A DNA stretch of 24,377 nucleotides, from positions 1-24,377 of IMG/VR virus record IMGVR_UViG_3300025016_000030; one strand, 5' to 3'. Of this stretch, positions 1 to 9,242 are shown piece by piece. Source of the stretch: a virus. Lineage: Duplodnaviria; Caudoviricetes. The position numbers and the translations under genes were made by a program. How positions within the stretch are numbered: the stretch's first letter is position 1; each line of letters opens with the position of its first letter. Under the pieces are notes generated by a model. It was not told the origin of the DNA. It saw only the letters and a program-made list of their open reading frames with translations, and made no database searches.

Positions 1-249
1 GTTACTCCAGATAAATTTAAGACACCAGAAGAACTAAAGAGTAAATTTCTTTGGGTTACTGGATCAGATGCTCCAAAAAATAATTCGGCCGGTGATTATG
101 ATAAAGAACTTGATGAATTAACTAAAATTGCTGCTGAAGTTCCAGTTAAAGCACCTCCAACGAAGACAGAAACTAAAGCAAAACCTCCAGCGGTTGTCGC
201 AGATGATGAAGATGATTCAAAATTTTTCCAGTCACTAATTGATGACTAA
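1..249 (+). CDS. 32: Single-stranded DNA-binding protein gp32, C-terminal part (truncated by window start)
   Basis: Frame 1 is open from base 1: VTPDKFKTPEELKSKF...DDEDDSKFFQSLIDD*. It matches the FK.xELK motif and acidic DDD..FF..L tail of T4-like gp32. Confidence 0.8.
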   Translation, partial: VTPDKFKTPEELKSKFLWVTGSDAPKNNSAGDYDKELDELTKIAAEVPVKAPPTKTETKAKPPAVVADDEDDSKFFQSLIDD

Positions 250-277
250 TCTTCGTAATTATTAAAAGGAATTTAAA

Positions 278-514
278 ATGACACAAGAAAATATGATTCT
301 TAAGCTCTTGTCTAATGGCTTAAGTGTGACACCAGCTAAACTTCGTACTCTTGGTATTGCTTCACCTTCAAAAGTAGTGTCTCGGCTCCGGCGCAAAGGC
401 AACTGTATCTATACAAAAAGTACCGGCAACGGCACAACGTATAGGTTTGGTACCCCAAGCGCCCGGATGATTGCCATGGCGTTCTTGGTTGCTGGACCTC
501 GTGCTTACATGTAA
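278..514 (+). CDS. Small winged-helix/HTH-like protein
   Basis: SD AAGGA; basic 78 aa with HTH-like pattern (SPSKVVSRLRRKGNCI...YRFGTPS). Confidence 0.6.
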   Translation: MTQENMILKLLSNGLSVTPAKLRTLGIASPSKVVSRLRRKGNCIYTKSTGNGTTYRFGTPSARMIAMAFLVAGPRAYM

Positions 515-543
515 GCATAAATAGTTTTGTCAATCGAAACTCT

Positions 544-574
544 AAGGGAACGGATTGACTTCTGTTCCCTTTTT
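544..574 (+). terminator. Rho-independent terminator
   Basis: aagggaacgga-ttgact-tctgttccctt stem followed by a T run. Confidence 0.6.
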
Positions 575-577
575 AGT

Positions 578-739
578 ATGAAAAAACTGATCCACAAAAT
601 TTTACACATATTCAGACAAAATAAAGTTGATGTCGTCACCTGGAAGGAAGACGGTTTTCTTTGTTTCGGTCTGAAATGTAAAAAATGTGAGGACATAAAG
701 CTAGTAGATAAAATCCTCTATAATGAAAGTGAGAAATAA
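578..739 (+). CDS. Hypothetical small protein with CxxC
   Basis: ATG at 578 (MKKLIHK...CKKC); stop abuts the next gene. Confidence 0.5.
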   Translation: MKKLIHKILHIFRQNKVDVVTWKEDGFLCFGLKCKKCEDIKLVDKILYNESEK

Positions 740-740
740 C

Positions 741-1040
741 ATGAAACAACAAGTTGTAATTTTAAAATTAATTGATGGCACCGAAATTTTGGCCGCGGTG
801 ACCGAAAATGCAGGTTCATATTTTTGCCGAGATATTCTACAGTTAGTAACGGACGTCGATGAACGGGGTCAAGGTCGAATGGGTTTGATGGAATTCATGC
901 CATATGCAGACAAAGAAGCTGGCTTTGCAGTACCTTCTGGAGTAACGTCAATCGCGTTCCCCAACGAAGATTTGCTAAATCATTATAATGAACGCTTTAA
1001 AAAGATCATTACACCCTCATCTAAACTTACTTTAGTTTAA
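741..1040 (+). CDS. Conserved T4-like hypothetical protein (possible Sm-like fold)
   Basis: N-terminal ILKLIDGTEILA and C-terminal IITP patterns typical of small T4-like phage proteins; ATG 741 preferred. Confidence 0.6.
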   Translation: MKQQVVILKLIDGTEILAAVTENAGSYFCRDILQLVTDVDERGQGRMGLMEFMPYADKEAGFAVPSGVTSIAFPNEDLLNHYNERFKKIITPSSKLTLV

Positions 1041-1041
1041 G

Positions 1042-1200
1042 ATGCAATTCAAAATCATAGCAAAAACTATATTATTAATACCAATTGCTGTATTAGCACA
1101 TTTGTTTGGATCTATTGTAGTTTTAATTTTAATACCAAACACAGTTTATGATTTAATAGTATCAGCTGAAAAGAAAAGAGTTCCAAATGGCAATTTATGA
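1042..1200 (+). CDS. Small putative membrane protein (52 aa, below ORF-track cutoff)
   Basis: MQFKIIAKTILLIPIAVLAHLFGSIVVLILIPNTVYDLIVSAEKKRVPNGNL*. Hydrophobic, and it fills the gap between neighbouring genes. Confidence 0.5.
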   Translation: MQFKIIAKTILLIPIAVLAHLFGSIVVLILIPNTVYDLIVSAEKKRVPNGNL

Positions 1201-1462
1201 TTATATGTGTTCTGAGTGTAAGCAAGTTTCAGAACTAACTAAAAAGATTGATGAACGAGATGCCGTAGAAGCTGATGCCTGCGTAAACTGTAGTTCTGTT
1301 GGTAAACTAACAAGGTTGCTTTCTTCACCGCTTATCGGCTATTCTACAGTCGTTAGCGGCAGCTATGGGTCTAAAGTGCCCGCCGGGTTTAGAGAAGTAC
1401 TCAAAAAAATCCATAAAGCTGCGCCAGGATCCCATCTAGATAAAACTTCTAGCTTCATGTAA
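1187..1462 (+). CDS. FmdB-family zinc-ribbon protein
   Basis: MAIYDYMCSEC...CVNC; two CxxC motifs in FmdB spacing. Confidence 0.75.
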   Translation: MAIYDYMCSECKQVSELTKKIDERDAVEADACVNCSSVGKLTRLLSSPLIGYSTVVSGSYGSKVPAGFREVLKKIHKAAPGSHLDKTSSFM

Positions 1463-1542
1463 TGAAAGCATTAAATCGGTAAGGAAGGACCAAATCGTAT
1501 TTTGTATTCTCAATTCTAAAATAACTCTAAGGGAAATTACTA

Positions 1543-2361
1543 ATGGCACGTGCTCCTGCAACACCAAGAAAATCAACACCTTCAACTCAATCTGAGCGTA
1601 CAGCTAAAAGATTGGCAAGACAACAAAAACAACTAGAAAAAGAACTCATCAATGAAATGACCGTTAAGGTAACTCCAAATGCAGGAAAGATGGTCAAAAT
1701 AAGCGATATAAAGAAATTATCCCCCCTTACAGAAACACAGAAACATTTCTTTGAAGCATGGGAGAATGCAGATGCGGATGGATATATTCTTCATGGGACA
1801 GTAGGAACTGGCAAAAGTTTTATGGCCGTATACTTCGCATTACTTGAAATTCTGCAACAAGAAGCAAAGTACAAAAAATTAATAATCATTAGATCATCTG
1901 TTCCGACTAGAGACATGGGATTTTTACCTGGTGATCTAGATGAAAAGATGGCTGTATATGAAATGCCATATGTTCAGATTTGTTCGGAACTTACAAATAA
2001 TAAATCCGCATACGAAAAGTTAAAAGAAACTGGTAAGATTGAGTTTATATCATCTTCGTTTCTTCGTGGTACTACATTCCGGGACTGTATTGTATTAGTT
2101 GATGAAATTCAAGATTTGAATTGGCATGAGCTTTCTACTGTTGTTTCGCGTGTCGGTGATAACACAATTCTTATCTGTTGCGGTGATGGTAAACAGGATG
2201 ACTTGATCAAATCTAAAAATGACGTTTCTGGGTTCAGAGATTTTCTTGGTGTAACTCGACTTATGCCAGAATTTAGATCATTCCAATTCACAACGGATGA
2301 TATAGTAAGAAGCAGCTTCGTTAAGAGCTGGATTCTTGCTTGTGAACGTTTGGGTCTCTAA
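1543..2361 (+). CDS. phoH: PhoH-family ATPase
   Basis: GTVGTGKS Walker A, MGFLPG, FLRGTTF, LVDEIQD, GDGKQDD, DIVRS. Confidence 0.95.
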   Translation: MARAPATPRKSTPSTQSERTAKRLARQQKQLEKELINEMTVKVTPNAGKMVKISDIKKLSPLTETQKHFFEAWENADADGYILHGTVGTGKSFMAVYFALLEILQQEAKYKKLIIIRSSVPTRDMGFLPGDLDEKMAVYEMPYVQICSELTNNKSAYEKLKETGKIEFISSSFLRGTTFRDCIVLVDEIQDLNWHELSTVVSRVGDNTILICCGDGKQDDLIKSKNDVSGFRDFLGVTRLMPEFRSFQFTTDDIVRSSFVKSWILACERLGL

Positions 2362-2363
2362 TT

Positions 2364-2945
2364 GTGACAAATTTTAAAACTTATTTAGAAAAAATAAATG
2401 AAGCTTCAGCACTATTAGAATCTTTTGATGCTCCTCATGAAAAGAAAGAAATTTTCCCGGAATTAGATCATGAAGCAATGAAAGCACAAGGTGTTACTGA
2501 TCATAGAACTTATGAATTAGGTGGAAACCCAGAAAAGTATGGTCATCTTACTTCTTTCAAAAGAAATGGAGCATATGAAATTCATCATGCAGTAGGTGAA
2601 ATTTCAGGAGAAATGATTCATTCTGACAAGCCAAACCCAAAATTTGTTGCAACTATGTTACATCATGCTAAAGGTTTATTAGATCAAGGACACTCAGTTA
2701 GAATAGTCGGGCGCAAAGAAAACGGAATGTTTGATCACTATAGAAAAATTGCTAAAGCTTTAGCAAGGAAACACGGCTATAATGTTTCGGCACCAACCGA
2801 ATACAAACATACTTCTAGTTCACCAGAAGCACACAAATTTGGAGAAATTACGGTAAAAAAAGATCTGATGGAATGCAGGATTTTTCCTTCTGGGAGAGGT
2901 GGTCCATTAGAAGATATTTGGAAAATGTTAACATTTTCGGACTAA
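2364..2945 (+). CDS. Hypothetical protein
   Basis: 193-aa ORF (GTG start) tightly packed between phoH and the exonuclease. Confidence 0.7.
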   Translation: MTNFKTYLEKINEASALLESFDAPHEKKEIFPELDHEAMKAQGVTDHRTYELGGNPEKYGHLTSFKRNGAYEIHHAVGEISGEMIHSDKPNPKFVATMLHHAKGLLDQGHSVRIVGRKENGMFDHYRKIAKALARKHGYNVSAPTEYKHTSSSPEAHKFGEITVKKDLMECRIFPSGRGGPLEDIWKMLTFSD

Positions 2946-2949
2946 TTAC

Positions 2950-3627
2950 ATGAAAAACTTTATTCGTTATGCAGATGTGAAACCCCAGAATTTTGAGCTT
3001 TTCAGAGATGATTCTGGGCCCATAAGATATTATATTGATCCAGAAGGAAATAAGTACAGATCGGTTACTTCTTTTGTGGGTCAATTCTCTTCTGGAAAGG
3101 AAGATATTAAGAAATGGCAAGAAGCTGTAGGTAAAGTAGAGTCAGACAAAGTACTTAAGGCTGCAGGCACGAGAGGGACTGCAATCCATCTGGCATGTGA
3201 GAATCTTCTCCTAAATAGGGAATGGAAAGACATATCAATGTTTTATAAACAAGATTTTCTTACTATGAAAAAACATCTTGAGGAACATGTAGATAAAGTT
3301 TTTGTTTTAGAACATCAAATGTATTCCAAAAAACTTGGATTAGCGGGTACTGTAGATTGTATTGCCGAATATGATGGTAAACTTTGTATTATTGACTTCA
3401 AGACTTCATCAAAGTTAAAATACAGAGAACAAATTAATTCTTATTTTTTACAGTGTGCTGCTTATGCTATTATGGTTTGGGAAAGATATGGAGTAAAGAT
3501 TTCAGAACTTGTTATCTTGATGGTAGTCGAAGGTGGAGCTAACATAGAAGTTTTCAAAGAACCACTAACTAAGTGGGGCAAAGAACTAATAAAATTAACA
3601 GACAAGGCTAAAGATGAAAAAAAATAG
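2950..3627 (+). CDS. PD-(D/E)XK exonuclease (Cas4-like phage exonuclease)
   Basis: SVTS, RGTAIH, AGTVDCIAEYDGKLCIIDFKTS, YFLQCAAYA motifs. Confidence 0.9.
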   Translation: MKNFIRYADVKPQNFELFRDDSGPIRYYIDPEGNKYRSVTSFVGQFSSGKEDIKKWQEAVGKVESDKVLKAAGTRGTAIHLACENLLLNREWKDISMFYKQDFLTMKKHLEEHVDKVFVLEHQMYSKKLGLAGTVDCIAEYDGKLCIIDFKTSSKLKYREQINSYFLQCAAYAIMVWERYGVKISELVILMVVEGGANIEVFKEPLTKWGKELIKLTDKAKDEKK

Positions 3628-4300
3628 AACAAATGAAACCGAGCAAACAATTGAACTGATTCAGCAAGAAAACTTTTCTTCTATGATCAAAACACACAAG
3701 CAACCAGTTTCGGTTCATACTGTGTTTTTTGATGAGGATATTGGATCTCCTTCTACGTACAGAGAATTAATTCATCTTTTATATTTGGCAGAAGAGTTCG
3801 ATCAATTTATTTTTATTATTAATTCTTCTGGGGGAGATTTAGATGGTGCATTATCTATCATTGAAGCATGTAAAGCAACTAATGCTAATGTCAGAGCAAT
3901 TATCACTGGAAAATGTCATTCTGCTGCATCAATCATTGCTTTGAATTGTAACAATGTAATGGTTACCGAATCTGCTCATTCGCTTATCCATACAGCAAGT
4001 TACGGTGCCTACGGTTCCACAGGCCAAGTAAAATCAAATGTTGACTTCTCTACTAAGCAGATTAAGCAGATTTTAGAAAACACATATGGTGGATTCTTAA
4101 CACCAACAGAAATTCTTGATGTTCATAAGGGTGTTGAATTTTGGTTTGATGCAAAAGAAATAAAGAAACGGTTAGAAAATAAAAGTAAATTTTTACAACT
4201 TACAGTAAATTCGAAGAAAAGAAAACGGCCGGTGGCTGAAGTCAATTCCGATAAACCTGTAGATTTAAATCTTCCATCTTCACAGAAAACTTCTACATAA
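3614..4300 (+). CDS. ClpP-like serine protease
   Basis: INSSGG (cf. INSPGG), CHSAASII catalytic Ser, LIH catalytic His, WFDAKE. Confidence 0.85.
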   Translation: MKKNRTNETEQTIELIQQENFSSMIKTHKQPVSVHTVFFDEDIGSPSTYRELIHLLYLAEEFDQFIFIINSSGGDLDGALSIIEACKATNANVRAIITGKCHSAASIIALNCNNVMVTESAHSLIHTASYGAYGSTGQVKSNVDFSTKQIKQILENTYGGFLTPTEILDVHKGVEFWFDAKEIKKRLENKSKFLQLTVNSKKRKRPVAEVNSDKPVDLNLPSSQKTST

Positions 4301-4315
4301 TTTTACTCTGCTTTT

Positions 4316-4338
4316 AAAGCCCCGCGATGGGGCTTTTT
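4316..4338. terminator. Bidirectional intrinsic terminator between convergent genes
   Basis: aaagcccc-gcgat-ggggcttttt. Confidence 0.8.
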
Positions 4339-4390
4339 AAGTAATAGCAGCTTGTAAAATCTTTAAAACATTTAAAACATAGTAAGAAAA

Positions 4391-6046
4391 TTACGTTTTA
4401 ATTTCATATCTATCTTTCCAAATATTGAGATTGGATTTAAAAATTATTTCTGATGATTTATCAAGACAATATGTGACTGCCGTATCTTCTGCACTTCTAA
4501 TGCTTCTACCTATACCCTGTAAGATTTTATATAGAGTCATTTCTCTGTAAATATTCCCATAAGAGTCTGCAATTTTTTTGATTCTCAAATCTCCTAAACT
4601 GGCGTATGGAGTTTTGCAAATTATCTGATACCGAGATTGATCATTGGCAAAATCCAAGCCTTCAAATATAGAAGGTGATATCAAAACTCCAGAACCTTTG
4701 TACTTTTTAAACTCTTCTACGATCTCCCCCGAATTGGATCCTTGTTCGTGTATGAACAATCGGACAGACTTCGGAAGCGCAGCCGACAGCGATCTAGACG
4801 CATAGAACGACGGTACTAGAATAATACCCTTTTCATCTTTGTGATGTTCGACAATAAATTGAATTACCTTTGCCATATCTTTAAATGTGTTTGGATCTTT
4901 CATGAGTTGATAATTTAGATTTTGTTTCCCAATGAAAAAAAGCGGCTTATTTTCTTTTGGGAATACCTCAGCCGGGTTAATATACGCAGTCGATGCTGGA
5001 TCTAAATTGAATGTAATCTCTGCAAAACTCTTGGAGATCGTGGCCGACATAAACAAATTAAATCTACCAAGAAGTAAATCCATCATATCAGATACAAAAA
5101 TTGGCTTAATGCTAATTTGCTTATCAACTGTATCATCAAAAACGTGATCATAATTGTGTTCTAAGAAAGATGTAATTAAGCCTGCAAGCCGAGAGAACCG
5201 CGAACCTACTTTCCGTACTTTATTCTTTGCCTTTAGATCTGGTATAAGTGCAGCTTGATGAGAACATATATCAACGATCGATTGATATATGTTCAACAAT
5301 TCTTTGATCTTTGTTTTATAGTTTCCGATGTTAATTGCTTTTCGTTCGATTTCTTTTCTAAACAAAATTAATTCTGCTTTTCGATTATCTGCTTTGCCGT
5401 TCAGATCATTTAGAAGTACACAAAGTTTTTCAATAAGTTCTACCGATGCATCAATAGAAACTTGAGTGCAAAATGTTTCATTAAGCAAATGAGCTTCATC
5501 GAATACTTGTAGATTTCTATCCATCAAATGCTCAGACTTAAGCTTTGAAATCATAAAGTAAGAATAGTTTGTGATCAAGTTTTCAGTCTTGTTAATAATC
5601 TTCTTATTCTGATCATACTTACACTGTGTGCAATACTTGGCGGTTTCCATGTCTGAGAGTTCAGTCTTGACACAATCCTCCCCTGTTGCAAATTTGTTGC
5701 CTTTATCCTGAAAGTATTGACATGGGTAGTTACGAGCACCTTTAACCCGGAAAAACTTCATTTCTGGAAGATGTTTAAACGAATCTCCATACTGATCAAT
5801 TAGCTGATTAGTTGAAGATAGATAGATTCCAGATAAATTAGAATCAGCTACAGTTTTTAGAACTTCCGCAACGACTGCGGCAATAATAGATTTACCGATA
5901 CCAGTTCCTGCACAAAGAATTACATTCCTCTTTTTATCATCCAAGAATGCCGATACTATCTCATTGATGATTTCTACTTGATTATTCCTGGGTTTAAACC
6001 CAAGAACTTTAAATGCCATAAGAATTTCTTGATCACGGTTAAGCAT
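4391..6046 (-). CDS. DinG/XPD-family SF2 helicase with Fe-S cysteines
   Basis: Q motif PRNNQ, AGTGIGKS, four Cys (NYPC..DC..CTQC), DEAH, MSATI, EGLDF, QGIGRSIRS. ATG at 6046 with SD AAAGGA is preferred over 6112. Confidence 0.9.
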   Translation of the reverse strand: MLNRDQEILMAFKVLGFKPRNNQVEIINEIVSAFLDDKKRNVILCAGTGIGKSIIAAVVAEVLKTVADSNLSGIYLSSTNQLIDQYGDSFKHLPEMKFFRVKGARNYPCQYFQDKGNKFATGEDCVKTELSDMETAKYCTQCKYDQNKKIINKTENLITNYSYFMISKLKSEHLMDRNLQVFDEAHLLNETFCTQVSIDASVELIEKLCVLLNDLNGKADNRKAELILFRKEIERKAINIGNYKTKIKELLNIYQSIVDICSHQAALIPDLKAKNKVRKVGSRFSRLAGLITSFLEHNYDHVFDDTVDKQISIKPIFVSDMMDLLLGRFNLFMSATISKSFAEITFNLDPASTAYINPAEVFPKENKPLFFIGKQNLNYQLMKDPNTFKDMAKVIQFIVEHHKDEKGIILVPSFYASRSLSAALPKSVRLFIHEQGSNSGEIVEEFKKYKGSGVLISPSIFEGLDFANDQSRYQIICKTPYASLGDLRIKKIADSYGNIYREMTLYKILQGIGRSIRSAEDTAVTYCLDKSSEIIFKSNLNIWKDRYEIKT

Positions 6047-6071
6047 AATATCCTTTGTTTGATTACAATTA

Positions 6072-6099
6072 ATTGTAAACCGTTTTGATCTAAAGTAAA
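6072..6099 (-). promoter_or_regulatory. T4 early-type promoter for dinG
   Basis: Minus strand TTTACT-N16-TACAAT. Confidence 0.65.
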
Positions 6100-6255
6100 A
6101 TTTTAGAATCAATAATCCTACCGATGTGAAGCAACGGCTACTTAGATTAACACAATTAGATTTAAATCTCGGCTAAACTCAAAAACTGAATTGTAACAGA
6201 ATATAACAATTCTAAAACCCTTTATAGATCAACAACGTAGTAGATCAAAAAAGAT

Positions 6256-6284
6256 TTTACAAGATAAGAAACCGATGGTATAAT
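6256..6284 (+). promoter_or_regulatory. Strong sigma70/early-type promoter firing into an ORF-free region
   Basis: TTTACA-N17-TATAAT with extended -10 TG. Confidence 0.7.
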
Positions 6285-6289
6285 TACCA

Positions 6290-6672
6290 TAGAAACGCCT
6301 TAGAGTGTTCACGGCTCTCCCCTCTGTACGCCTACAGGCATGCGGAAGAAGATCTTTAAAGGTTTCCGAAAGGTCTTTAAACTAAACTACAAAGTTAATA
6401 GAGAATTAAAGCTATGGAGCTAGCTTTAGCTAGTGTAATAGCTTACCCTGAATGTAATGAAGGGTTACTACTAAGTGGACTAACTTTAAAGCTTATTAAT
6501 ACTTATTGCTAAGTTATCTAGAAGCTGTAGCAACGGCAGTAACCAGGGCATTCGGTTCCACCTCAGCACCTATAGCCTCACGGCTATAACTTCAAGGTTG
6601 GCTCTATACGGTAATACATATAGCCCTGCTTAGATCGTCGTAGAATGAATCTAATATACACCAAGGTATGGT
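6290..6672 (+). other. ORF-free, hairpin-rich region (candidate ncRNA or replication origin)
   Basis: No ORF of 60 aa or more; several stems (tttaaag/ctttaaa, ctagct/agctag, accct/agggt, tatagcc/ggctata, cagggc/gccctg, ttagat/atctaa). Confidence 0.4.
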
Positions 6673-6721
6673 AAAATAAACAATTGACTACAAATGTACT
6701 ATAGACGATACTAAAAATAAT

Positions 6722-6749
6722 TTTACTTCGGTTCTATTTTTATTAAAAT
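6722..6749 (+). promoter_or_regulatory. T4 early-type promoter
   Basis: TTTACT-N16-TAAAAT. A second candidate, TTGACT-N17-GATACT, lies at 6684-6712. Confidence 0.6.
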
Positions 6750-6775
6750 AAAGAATAAACTTTTAAGGAATTTAT

Positions 6776-7285
6776 ATGGCTAAATATGATCTAATGTTGG
6801 ATCTTGAAACATTTTCCACCAACAAAAATGCTGCAATAGCATCTATTGGTGCTGTAAAGTTTAACGATAAAGAAATTATAGATAAATTCTACATTAACAT
6901 AGATCCTCTTTCTTCTAAAGAAGCTGGTCTGCACTTTAGTCAGTCGACAATCACTTGGTGGAAAACCAATAAACCCGAAGCATTTGCAGCTTTAAAAACA
7001 AATAGAGTTCCCCTAAATACTGGGTTAGAAATGTTCTCTGAGTGGTATGGACCAAAATCTGTTCCTACTTGGGCTTGTTCTCCAAGTTTTGATTGTCTGA
7101 TTATGAATTCTAGTTATGAAGCACTAGGTAAAATTCTACCCTGGAAATATTTCGATGAGAGATGCTTTAGAACATTCAAGGCACTTTTTAAAGCGGACAC
7201 GGTACGTGAAGGTGTCTATCATAACTCACTCGACGACGCAATTTATCAGGCACAGTATATTATAGATGTAATGAAAAGGAAATAA
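6776..7285 (+). CDS. DEDDh 3'-5' exonuclease (DexA/Rv2179c-like)
   Basis: MLDLET, SIGAV, TITWW, SFD, PWKY..RCFRT, HNSLDDAIYQA. Confidence 0.9.
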   Translation: MAKYDLMLDLETFSTNKNAAIASIGAVKFNDKEIIDKFYINIDPLSSKEAGLHFSQSTITWWKTNKPEAFAALKTNRVPLNTGLEMFSEWYGPKSVPTWACSPSFDCLIMNSSYEALGKILPWKYFDERCFRTFKALFKADTVREGVYHNSLDDAIYQAQYIIDVMKRK

Positions 7286-7286
7286 A

Positions 7287-7730
7287 ATGAGAAATTTTGA
7301 CCGCGTTAGTAATTGGCTTAAGGTTGCAGGTAAAGTACCTTCAACCGAAACATTCTCGGTCCAATCTGGAGTTATGATTGAAGAAATGGCCGAATTTTTT
7401 GAATCGGTTTATTTTATCGATCGCCCAGACGGCAATGGTGCTTTTGCCACGATAACAGAGATGTTGCACAAGATCGGAAATGAACTCAAGAAAAATGGTA
7501 GACAACTTGGTATAATTGATCGTGTTGCTTGTCTAGACGCTCTATGTGATATTGACGTTACTTTGAACGGTGTAGCATTCCTTGCTGGCTTTGATAAGAA
7601 TAGTGCAGACGATGAAGTTCTAAATTCTAACGATTCTAAATTCGAAGATGGTAAGGCAGTTATTTTACCTGGGGGTAAAATATCTAAAGGAAAATATTAT
7701 GTTCCCCCGGATTTAACTAAATACATCTAA
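7287..7730 (+). CDS. MazG-like all-alpha NTP pyrophosphohydrolase
   Basis: EEMAEF, DALCD, EVLNSNDSK, DGK..KGKYY.PPDL. Confidence 0.85.
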   Translation: MRNFDRVSNWLKVAGKVPSTETFSVQSGVMIEEMAEFFESVYFIDRPDGNGAFATITEMLHKIGNELKKNGRQLGIIDRVACLDALCDIDVTLNGVAFLAGFDKNSADDEVLNSNDSKFEDGKAVILPGGKISKGKYYVPPDLTKYI

Positions 7731-7732
7731 TC

Positions 7733-8029
7733 ATGAATTTTAAGAAATCAGATAAACAATACACTCATATCTTTTTTTCGGATAAAGGTTCCCGAGGTGT
7801 TTATAACCTAAGTACTGGCAAGATTAAAGAGTTTGAAATGTCAGATAAAAATTTTAAAAATCCGGCGAAACTACTTGGTATCACTGGAATGAATTGCCAA
7901 CTTTATGTGACTATTGATGGTTCTGATATGACTGTTAAAGACATGTACTATCTTGATGGTGATAGATTTTTTACAGAAGAAGAAATTACTAAATATTGTA
8001 CCGGTATGAAATGGAAGTACGAAGCATGA
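7733..8029 (+). CDS. Hypothetical protein
   Basis: 98-aa ORF; ATGA overlap with the glycosyltransferase gene. Confidence 0.65.
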   Translation: MNFKKSDKQYTHIFFSDKGSRGVYNLSTGKIKEFEMSDKNFKNPAKLLGITGMNCQLYVTIDGSDMTVKDMYYLDGDRFFTEEEITKYCTGMKWKYEA

Positions 8030-8967
8030 AACAAACCAGAGCAAAGATTTTTATCCTGTCTAAGGGTCGCTGGGAATCCCGGATGACTTCAAAGACTTTA
8101 GAAGAAATTGGTGCTGATTATCAAATTGTGATTGAAGAACAAGAATATGATCAGTATGCAGCAGTAATTGATCCTAAGAAAATTTTGGTGCTTCCATTCT
8201 CCAACATGGGTCTTGGTGGTATTCCTGCTCGTAATTGGATTTGGGAATATTCAACCGCCCGTGGTGATGATGCTCACTTTGTGCTAGATGACAATATTCG
8301 TTACTTCTACCGGAGTTTGCATAATACAAAACTCCGTGTAAATTCTACTGTACCATTACGTGCAGTAGAAGATCTGGCAGAACGATATACAAATGTAAAA
8401 ATGGCTGGCTTGAATTATCACTTCTTCCAACCAACATTTGTTAAGAAAGAACCTCTGTACATTAATACTCGAGTCTATTCTTGTATTTGGTTGACAAATA
8501 AAACTACCAAGCGCTGGCGTGTTCTTGAATGGGATGGCAATCCTGCGCCATACAATGAGGATACAGATTTAAGTCTGCAATTTTTAGAGGACGGTGATTG
8601 TACATTCCTTCTAAATCACTTCAGTTGTGGTAAAGCAGATTCTGGTGCCGTCAAGGGTGGCAATAATGATACGGTCTATAAGTATGCTTCGGCAGAATAT
8701 GATAACCGTTTTAAGTTTGCCGCATCACTCGCTAAAGCTCATCCAGAGTTTGTTGAGGTAACTCAGAAACATCGCAGATACCATCACCAAGTGAATTATT
8801 CTAAATTCCAAAATTTCAGTGTGCCGCGCCTTAAACCGGGTATTGTTATTCCAACGGAACCGAATAATTACGGTCTTAAATTGGTGAAACTAGATGACCC
8901 AAAAAATATTTGTGGAACACATACTGTACTAAATACAGACAATTACTTGGAGTTGGAAAATGAATAA
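8026..8967 (+). CDS. TAGT/GREB1-like GT-A glycosyltransferase
   Basis: IFILSKGR, IVIEEQEYDQY, ARNWIWE, VLDDNI, RVYSC, YNEDTDLSL, GGN, HHQVNY. Start ATG 8026 overlaps the upstream stop. Confidence 0.8.
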   Translation: MKQTRAKIFILSKGRWESRMTSKTLEEIGADYQIVIEEQEYDQYAAVIDPKKILVLPFSNMGLGGIPARNWIWEYSTARGDDAHFVLDDNIRYFYRSLHNTKLRVNSTVPLRAVEDLAERYTNVKMAGLNYHFFQPTFVKKEPLYINTRVYSCIWLTNKTTKRWRVLEWDGNPAPYNEDTDLSLQFLEDGDCTFLLNHFSCGKADSGAVKGGNNDTVYKYASAEYDNRFKFAASLAKAHPEFVEVTQKHRRYHHQVNYSKFQNFSVPRLKPGIVIPTEPNNYGLKLVKLDDPKNICGTHTVLNTDNYLELENE

Positions 8968-9238
8968 AAATCTATTTGAGATGCTCGGTGTTGATACAGA
9001 TGTTCCTATCTGGTCTGGAATGCCATTTCATAAACAAGATCAAGCAGAAGCAGAATACGTACTGATCATAAATGTAGATTCTAAAGAAAATTTAGATAAA
9101 CTTGCAGATCTTATTGACCAAAAACAAATCAAAGTAAAAGCCAAAACAAATGTAAAATCTATATGGTATCCGAAATTGGTCAGAGGAGAACGGGGCTCAA
9201 ATAGTTGGTATGTCTGGAAAGAAATTGACGAGGAATAA
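8960..9238 (+). CDS. Small glycosyltransferase-associated protein 1
   Basis: WSGMP..Q, LADLIDQ, KSIWYPK; overlaps the GT stop. Confidence 0.7.
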   Translation: MNKNLFEMLGVDTDVPIWSGMPFHKQDQAEAEYVLIINVDSKENLDKLADLIDQKQIKVKAKTNVKSIWYPKLVRGERGSNSWYVWKEIDEE

Positions 9239-9242
9239 GATA

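Noticed and set aside
4361-4380. Short tandem repeat tttaaaaca x2
   Set aside because: Low-complexity AT-rich sequence; no function can be supported.
2950-6046. Cas4-like nuclease plus DinG as a type IV CRISPR system
   Set aside because: No repeat-spacer array and no cas5/cas6/cas7-like genes seen; this nuclease family is common in T4-like phages.
6047-6112. Longer N-terminus for dinG given by the ORF track
   Set aside because: It overlaps the predicted promoter, and ATG 6046 has a good SD.
6290-6672. tRNA or group I intron in the non-coding region
   Set aside because: I could not build a cloverleaf with a T-loop, or find a P7 GACUA/UAGUC core.
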